NCBI GenBank assembly: GCA_038735675.1
Contig: JAVYNJ010000004.1
Location: 1 to 29,555, forward strand
Origin: Nanopusillaceae archaeon
Lineage (GTDB): Archaea; Nanobdellota; Nanobdellia; Nanobdellales; Nanobdellaceae
Reading direction: 5' to 3'
DNA length: 29,555 bases
In this document: in pieces, positions 24,061 through 29,555 of the stretch
Layout: each line of letters begins with the position of its first letter
How positions within the stretch are numbered: position 1 is the first letter of the stretch
Position numbers and translations under genes: made by a program
Notes under the pieces: model-generated
Told to the model about the DNA's origin: nothing
The model's database searches: none
Seen by the model: only the letters and a program-made list of their open reading frames with translations

Positions 24061-25191
24061 ATGCTTTATAAATATTGTAGCATAACTTCCCTTTTTTAAG
24101 TAAAAATTTAATATTATAGAATTATCTTTTATATCATATTTTAAATCTCTTACATTTGATAATACTTCTCTTTTAATACTTTTTAAGGCAAGAGATGGTT
24201 TGTTTTCGAAATAAAGATCTTTAAGATTAATATTTTCATTTTTTAATATATTCATATAGATTTCTCTAAATTCACTATCTATTTCATATTCTTTTAAGTT
24301 ATATCCTATTAAATCTAATGATTTATTTTTTAATTTTTCTATAGTTTCCTTGTCTTTTGATATGTAAAAGTAATCTTCGGCAATTTTGATTTTCGCTATA
24401 TTTTTAGATTTTTCCTCTATGTATTTAGATAAAATAAGATTCCATATATAAGATTGGTAGGAATGTAAGAATAATTTTAACAATCTTTTGTGAATGCTCT
24501 TAAATGCTTTACGATAATTTCCATTTTTTATTAAAGAATTTAATATACTCAGTTCTATATCTAACCATTTAGGGTAATATTTTATTGCTTCTTTAAATTT
24601 TCCCCAATTTTCTTTTAGCCATTTTCTAGCAAATTTTGCTTTTTCGTTCTCTTTATCAGAATAAAATGTTAGGATTATTTTTATTGCTTCCTCCCAATTT
24701 CTATTTATTATTTCTTTTCCAACAAGATGATTTATATATCTAACACTTCCAAATCTCTGTTCATCAAAATAATTAAAAAATAAATCTTTGAATATTTTTA
24801 AATTTTCTTTAAATATTTCAAACTCTTTTTCTTCTACATCTCTTATTTTTATAGAAAAGTAATTTTCAACGATATCTGATATTCTTATAGGGTTATCAAA
24901 ACTTCCAATATATCTTAGTTTTACATTTCCAAAATCATATCTATCTTTAAATTCTTTTAAATTTTCTATTGCAATGTATTGTTCAGATATAGTTTTTTTA
25001 TCTTTTTCCCCGGCAAAAAATATTCTTTTTTTTGATATTTTTAAATTCTTAGCAACAATTTTTATCGCTCTAATGGTACTTAAATTTTTTTTCCACATCA
25101 AGAAATAAGCATATTTTGTTCCTAAATTTTTAGATTTTAGATCTATTATTTCTTTTACGTAAAAATCTTCAGGATTTTCTTTTATTTTCAT
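24046..25191 (-). CDS. truD: tRNA pseudouridine synthase TruD/Pus7 family
   Basis: The N-terminal IKENPEDFYVKEI and the catalytic block FFAGEKDKKTISEQY (G.KD) are typical of TruD. Confidence 0.8.
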   Translation of the reverse strand: MKIKENPEDFYVKEIIDLKSKNLGTKYAYFLMWKKNLSTIRAIKIVAKNLKISKKRIFFAGEKDKKTISEQYIAIENLKEFKDRYDFGNVKLRYIGSFDNPIRISDIVENYFSIKIRDVEEKEFEIFKENLKIFKDLFFNYFDEQRFGSVRYINHLVGKEIINRNWEEAIKIILTFYSDKENEKAKFARKWLKENWGKFKEAIKYYPKWLDIELSILNSLIKNGNYRKAFKSIHKRLLKLFLHSYQSYIWNLILSKYIEEKSKNIAKIKIAEDYFYISKDKETIEKLKNKSLDLIGYNLKEYEIDSEFREIYMNILKNENINLKDLYFENKPSLALKSIKREVLSNVRDLKYDIKDNSIILNFYLKKGSYATIFIKHLFAK

Positions 25192-26330
25192 ATTTTAAAT
25201 TCCCAATTCCACATTTCTGAAGCCAACTTCCCATCAAACATATATTTATCTAAATTTATTTTGTTTCTGTTTTTTTGTATTTCCTTTAAAAAGTTCCATA
25301 TTTTATTTGCAGTATATTCCTTCAATTCTCCAGTTGTCAGCTCACCACTTCTATATTTTTCTTCAATTTCTTTTAATTTTTTGTCATTCTCTTCAAAGAA
25401 GATAGACAACCAGAAAAAACAAACATCTATTTCTGGTTTTCCTCCAAATTTTCTATGTTCCTCCAATGTAGCCCCACCACCGGAGAAAGCATATTTATAT
25501 ATTTTCTGTTTTATTGTCTCAAAATCATCGTCGACAAATATTGCTGATTTTGGATTTGATGCGGACATTTTTGTATATGGTCCTTGCAAACCCCAAACAA
25601 ATTTTGATAAAATTGTAACTGCCTTTTTTCTATTAAATTTCTCAGCAATATCTCTTTGTAATCTAAAATAAGGGTCTTGGTCAATTCCACAGGGAATTAA
25701 TGGTATATTTTTTTCAAAAAATGTAGGAGCAATTTGTAGGGCAATATAAAAAGGTAAACCAACCGATGCAGAATCTGAGAATCCAAATACTTTTTTTGCT
25801 TCGTTTAAAGATATTTCTTTAGCAATATATATTGCAGGTTTATAAAGATGCTTAATATATACAGAATTAATAAATATAAAAGTTCTGTCTGGATCAAAGC
25901 CAAGAGCGGCAATAGTTTTTGCATCTTCTATAGCGTAATTATAAATTTCTTCATAATTATCTGCTTTTTTAGCCCAATATTTTTCTTCATCTGGGAGTTG
26001 AATATAAACATTTGCGTTAAATTTTTCTTGAAACCATTTAGTTAAAATAAAAGGTATTAAATGTCCTATATGCATTTTACTTTTTGAAGGCGCTCTTCCA
26101 GTATATAAAAAGAATCTTTCTCCTTTTAGGTAAGAATTTAATAATTTATCAAAATCTCTATGTGCGTAAAAAAATTTTCTTTTTATTAATATATGCACAT
26201 TTCCAGCTATTTTTTCTAAATTCTTTATTATACTTTCATCTATTTTACTTACACCAAATTCTTTAATTAACCTATCGTAATCTTCTTCAGATTTTATATT
26301 TACTTCCCAAGGAGTTACATTCATATTCAT
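25188..26330 (-). CDS. trpS: Tryptophan--tRNA ligase (archaeal/eukaryotic type)
   Basis: VTPWEV, YTGRAPSKSKMHIGHLIPF (HIGH) and KMSASNPKSAIF (KMSKS variant) are typical of archaeal TrpRS. Confidence 0.85.
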   Translation of the reverse strand: MNMNVTPWEVNIKSEEDYDRLIKEFGVSKIDESIIKNLEKIAGNVHILIKRKFFYAHRDFDKLLNSYLKGERFFLYTGRAPSKSKMHIGHLIPFILTKWFQEKFNANVYIQLPDEEKYWAKKADNYEEIYNYAIEDAKTIAALGFDPDRTFIFINSVYIKHLYKPAIYIAKEISLNEAKKVFGFSDSASVGLPFYIALQIAPTFFEKNIPLIPCGIDQDPYFRLQRDIAEKFNRKKAVTILSKFVWGLQGPYTKMSASNPKSAIFVDDDFETIKQKIYKYAFSGGGATLEEHRKFGGKPEIDVCFFWLSIFFEENDKKLKEIEEKYRSGELTTGELKEYTANKIWNFLKEIQKNRNKINLDKYMFDGKLASEMWNWEFKI

Positions 26331-26416
26331 AATAGATCCTAAATTTTATTTAAAGTATTTTAATGCTACTTTAAATACAATTTCTTTTTATTTTTAAACT
26401 ACTAATAGAAATTTAT

Positions 26417-26501
26417 GCCGCGGTGCCCGAGTGGACCAAGGGGTCTGGCTCGAGACCAGATCCCCGAAAAGGGGGCGAGGGTTCGAATCCCTCCCGCGGC
26501 G
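26417..26501 (+). tRNA. tRNA-Ser (anticodon CGA), class II with a long variable arm
   Basis: Acceptor GCCGCGG/CCGCGGC, anticodon stem TCTGG/CCAGA with loop CTCGAGA, long variable arm TCCCCGAAAAGGGGGC, T arm GAGGG-TTCGAAT-CCCTC, discriminator G. No CCA is encoded. Confidence 0.9.
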
Positions 26502-27023
26502 CTATTTTGTTAAACTTAAATCAATTAAAAAATCTTCTAAATCAAAAACAAACTCTCTTCCTTTAGTTGTTATTAAATTATCGTCTATATAACAAGGTAA
26601 GTCAATAAAGCTTACTTTTAAGTTTCTTACGACTTTCATATATTCTGGAAAATCTATGTTATTAAAAGTGATCATTCTTCCGTTTATTAACTCCATTTTT
26701 GCAATACCTATTTGTGCTAAGGAGGATAAGATAACTGGTTTTTTTGAATATAAAAATCTTGCAAAAATAGCAGAAACTTCTGGCGTAAGTAATTCTTTAA
26801 ACCCATCATCAGATATAATTATTAAATCATCAAAAAAAGTATCTTTAAGTAAAAATATTTCTTTTATTGAAAAATCAGGAAAAATTTTCGAACCATACTT
26901 ACCAATAGCTACTTTTTTATTAGGTGTAGCCACATATACTTTTCCCTTAATAATTTCAATAAAATTTACAAGATCTTCTTCTGAAAAACCTTTTGTCGGT
27001 AATATTATTAAATGATATCTCAT
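26502..27023 (-). CDS. Hypothetical protein, weakly DJ-1/PfpI (class I glutamine amidotransferase-like) fold
   Basis: The layout resembles DJ-1/PfpI (LIILPTKGFSEEDL...FDDLIIISDDG...KPVILSSLAQIGIA), but the nucleophile-elbow Cys position reads Ser/Leu. The similarity was judged by eye only. Confidence 0.35.
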   Translation of the reverse strand: MRYHLIILPTKGFSEEDLVNFIEIIKGKVYVATPNKKVAIGKYGSKIFPDFSIKEIFLLKDTFFDDLIIISDDGFKELLTPEVSAIFARFLYSKKPVILSSLAQIGIAKMELINGRMITFNNIDFPEYMKVVRNLKVSFIDLPCYIDDNLITTKGREFVFDLEDFLIDLSLTK

Positions 27024-27091
27024 TATGTAATATTCTACTTTTTATAATAAATAATCTTTTTATCTTTCAGAATAAACATAAAATTATATCA

Positions 27092-28720
27092 ATGGTATCC
27101 TTAAATGAATTAAGGCAAGAAAAAATAGGAGAAAAACACAAATTATTTGAAGCTAAAATAGTTATAGATAATCCAAGATATAGATTAGAACAAATTTACT
27201 TTTGGTTACTTGATTTTCTTAGAGATAATTTAAAATTAAATGTTCTAAAAATATCTGACGAATTTGGTGGTTCTATTGCTTCTGCCTTTTTTACTGATAT
27301 TGTCAGAAGAGAAATAACTATTTTAGATAATGCAACTAAACTTGGAGGATTAATAAATACAATAATAAAATCTATAATAAGTATAGACAATGAATATAGA
27401 ACTATTATTGCTGAAAGAATTGCTAGATACGATGAATTAAAATCTGATAATCCTGAAATTTCATTTGTAGCCCTAAAAGCTTTAAAGTCAATATGGTTAG
27501 ATAATGTTGATTCTAAGAAAGGGGCTACTAGCTTAATGAATCTTAGAGGAAGACTTGGATATTCTACAATAGTAGATCTATTTATTGCTGTTGAATATGA
27601 GGAGAAGTTGAGAGAACTTATTAAAAAAGAAATAGTAAATAAAAGTGTATTATCTCACAATAATTTTATAGATATTTCATATTACGAAAAAAATAATATC
27701 GTTAATGAAAGAGTTATATCTATTCTAAAATCAAGATTAACAGAATTTTATAATTGGTTAGAGCAATCGGAAAAATATATAAGAGAAAGAGAAAGGATGC
27801 TAAAAGCATATTTAATTCATCAAATAAATTCTTTAGTATATTATACTGAAATAGCAAAGCCTTATCTTAAAGCAGCAAAAATGTTAATTCAAAAAAACTA
27901 TGATAATCCGGATTTGGTAAAATCTCTAGAATCTGTAATGATAGAAATCGATCTGTTAGCTTCTGATGCAGAGAAAGAAATTAGTGAATGGGATTTTAAT
28001 AAAAAAGAATTAGTTACTAAAAAATATATACCAGTTTATGAAATTAATATCTTGTCAAGATCTAGACCAACTTTACAAGCCATATCTCCAGAAAGATCTC
28101 CAATTTATACATATTTTGGAAGAATAGATATTATTTATAGGGCATATTTATTAGAAAAAAGTGAATACGATGAACTAATTGCTTCTAAAGAAATTGAAGA
28201 CCTTTTATATATTGAAGGACTAACTGAAGAATTTTTAAAGCAAATAGCTTCAGCTATTTGTAATTATTATATATTTGATAAAATTATTTCAAATAAAGAT
28301 CTTTTAGAGGAAACAAAAAAATATTTTAAAAAGACAGATATAAAGAAACCAGAGGATATAACTTGGACTAGAGAGTTTATTGAGAATTTAGAAAGGGTTG
28401 ATAAAAATATAACAAGAGGATTAGAATGGATAAAGAAATATCTTCCATTAGAGAAAAATAAAGAAGTAAAAAAGAACAATAAGGAAACTAAAGAAAGTAC
28501 AGTTTCTATGTTATTTCCAGCATATAAAGATTTTTTAGATATATTTTATAAATTATTCGAATTTATTGTTTCCTTTGGAAAAGATTTATCTGCTTTGAAA
28601 TATTCAAATGTAAAAAAGAAAATAGAGATAGAAAAAGAAAATTTAAAGATGTCGATAAAGGATAAGGGATGGACCATCTATAATGCGTTTAAGAAGACTT
28701 TTGGACTATTAAACTACTAA
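27092..28720 (+). CDS. Large (542 aa) predicted alpha-helical protein of unknown function
   Basis: It is a long clean ORF. I place the start at the second Met (MVSLNELRQEK) because the first 33 codons of the track ORF overlap the divergent gene and read as low-complexity sequence. I recognise no catalytic motif. The composition is highly charged and helical. Confidence 0.5.
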   Translation: MVSLNELRQEKIGEKHKLFEAKIVIDNPRYRLEQIYFWLLDFLRDNLKLNVLKISDEFGGSIASAFFTDIVRREITILDNATKLGGLINTIIKSIISIDNEYRTIIAERIARYDELKSDNPEISFVALKALKSIWLDNVDSKKGATSLMNLRGRLGYSTIVDLFIAVEYEEKLRELIKKEIVNKSVLSHNNFIDISYYEKNNIVNERVISILKSRLTEFYNWLEQSEKYIRERERMLKAYLIHQINSLVYYTEIAKPYLKAAKMLIQKNYDNPDLVKSLESVMIEIDLLASDAEKEISEWDFNKKELVTKKYIPVYEINILSRSRPTLQAISPERSPIYTYFGRIDIIYRAYLLEKSEYDELIASKEIEDLLYIEGLTEEFLKQIASAICNYYIFDKIISNKDLLEETKKYFKKTDIKKPEDITWTREFIENLERVDKNITRGLEWIKKYLPLEKNKEVKKNNKETKESTVSMLFPAYKDFLDIFYKLFEFIVSFGKDLSALKYSNVKKKIEIEKENLKMSIKDKGWTIYNAFKKTFGLLNY

Positions 28721-28721
28721 G

Positions 28722-29555
28722 ATGGAAGAAGTATTTAAAAGAAGACAATCAACATCAACAAATCCAGAAATAGTAAATCAGTTGGAAGAACTTGAAAATA
28801 AAATAAGATTAGGATATCCTGGAGTAGAGATAAATCTAGCTACATTCAGACATTGGTCTCAAATTCCAAAAGAAATATGGGATGAAATTGCAAGAAAAGC
28901 AAGAGTAAATAAAATAGATTTAAGTATTCATGCGCCATTTATATCTAGTCAAGGGAACATATTTCCAATATTAACTGGAATGCGAACTAGCGAAAGCGGG
29001 TATATTATTGACGATTTAGGTAAAGAAAAGGTTGCGTATGAATTAAAATCTATATTAGATACAGCAGCCAATCTTGGAAGGATTTATGGAGATAGTATAA
29101 AAGTGGTTATTCATGCCACTTCAGCAATATCTGGAATTTCTTGGGATAAAAAATATGAAGAAAAATTGAAAGAATTTTTAAGAGAAAATCCTGAGAAATT
29201 TAATGATTTAAAAAATAAGTTAGTTTATTTAGGATTATTAAAAAAGGAAGATTTATATAAGATTAAGGATCCTAATGACTTACCAGCATGGGTATTTTCA
29301 ATTTCAATGCCAACAGTTACAGAATTACCTAAAGGATATATAATAACAGGGTATTTGGATCTATATGATAGACATCATCTATCTGAAAAGCTCATGGAAA
29401 TGCAAGAGAAAATAGCTAAAAAGGAAATAGAAGAAACAATTGTGGACAGGTTATATAAGTACAATGAAGAATATTTTAATAAAATTTTAAGGGATGTTTT
29501 AGAAAAGATTGATAAACTGGGAAAAGAAATAAAAAAGTTAAATAATTTATATTTT
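28722..29555 (+). CDS. Hypothetical protein, N-terminal region resembling xylose-isomerase-like TIM-barrel / AP-endonuclease-2 fold; the 3' end lies outside the window
   Basis: The ATG lies 1 nt after the upstream stop, and the frame stays open to the window end (278 codons). GYPGVEINL...IDLSIHAPF...LGRIYGDSIKVVIHA resembles the G.d.vEl / ls.HaP / vv.H pattern of that superfamily. This ORF is not in the supplied track because it has no stop in the window. Confidence 0.4.
   Translation, partial: MEEVFKRRQSTSTNPEIVNQLEELENKIRLGYPGVEINLATFRHWSQIPKEIWDEIARKARVNKIDLSIHAPFISSQGNIFPILTGMRTSESGYIIDDLGKEKVAYELKSILDTAANLGRIYGDSIKVVIHATSAISGISWDKKYEEKLKEFLRENPEKFNDLKNKLVYLGLLKKEDLYKIKDPNDLPAWVFSISMPTVTELPKGYIITGYLDLYDRHHLSEKLMEMQEKIAKKEIEETIVDRLYKYNEEYFNKILRDVLEKIDKLGKEIKKLNNLYF

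Noticed and set aside
26347-26377. A perfect 11-bp inverted repeat (tatttaaagta ... tactttaaata, 9-nt loop) lies in the trpS / tRNA-Ser intergenic region. It could be an operator or a hairpin.
   Set aside because: The arms are almost pure A/T, with one G-C pair. A rough estimate for such AT-rich sequence gives about one such palindrome per window by chance. It is noted as a possible regulatory site but is not supportable.
26993-27091. The track ORF 26993-28720 has a 33-codon N-terminal extension.
   Set aside because: The extension overlaps the start of the divergent gene and the likely promoter region, and it reads as low-complexity sequence (MSVILLNDISLCNILLFIINNLFIF...). The start at 27092 (MVSLNELRQ) is preferred.
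1-29555. I looked for CRISPR arrays, transposase or IS elements, and long direct repeats.
   Set aside because: I found no regularly spaced repeat-spacer pattern, no transposase or integrase-like ORF, and no long duplicated segment on reading the window. The only repeats are the 49-nt C/D architecture (motif-level only) and a short intragenic duplication in ORF 6019-7614.

Overview
This is a very AT-rich, tightly packed archaeal chromosome segment. It encodes archaeal or eukaryote-type ribosomal proteins eS19, eL43, eL32, eS4 and eL40, plus RpoE', Spt4, RpoP, a PriS-type primase, Pth2, SepF, prefoldin beta and a Pcc1-like protein. This content best fits a reduced DPANN or Nanoarchaeota-like genome, which is an inference and was not computed. 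I support about 45 protein genes, many joined by 4-nt ATGA-type overlaps. GC-rich islands in the AT-rich background mark the RNA genes. These are tRNA-Ala(CGC), tRNA-Gly(UCC), tRNA-Ser(CGA), a solitary 5S rRNA, and three 49-nt C/D-box sRNA units of identical geometry. Two of the sRNA units are fused head-to-tail at 1932-2028 and one sits just upstream of the 5S gene.

The main hunt results are:
- A HerA/FtsK-class ATPase heads an operon of membrane or secreted proteins with prepilin-like N-termini (4736-8853). It lies beside an orphan FlaF/FlaG-like pair and an interrupted DUF2341 lectin-like gene (2031-3871). Together these are a candidate undescribed surface-filament or transfer apparatus with no PilB/PilC-type parts in the window.
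- The C/D-box sRNAs show a covarying non-canonical box pair (UGAAGA with CAGA).
- A GT35 phosphorylase homolog has the PLP-binding Lys replaced by Arg.
- The primase is a compact fusion of PriS with a PriL-CTD-like region.
- The ribosomal protein operon is truncated and lacks S14 and S8 between L5 and L6.
- Two unknown gene pairs are present (15611-16626 and 27092-29555).

All functional calls rest on motif recognition by eye. No database search was run.
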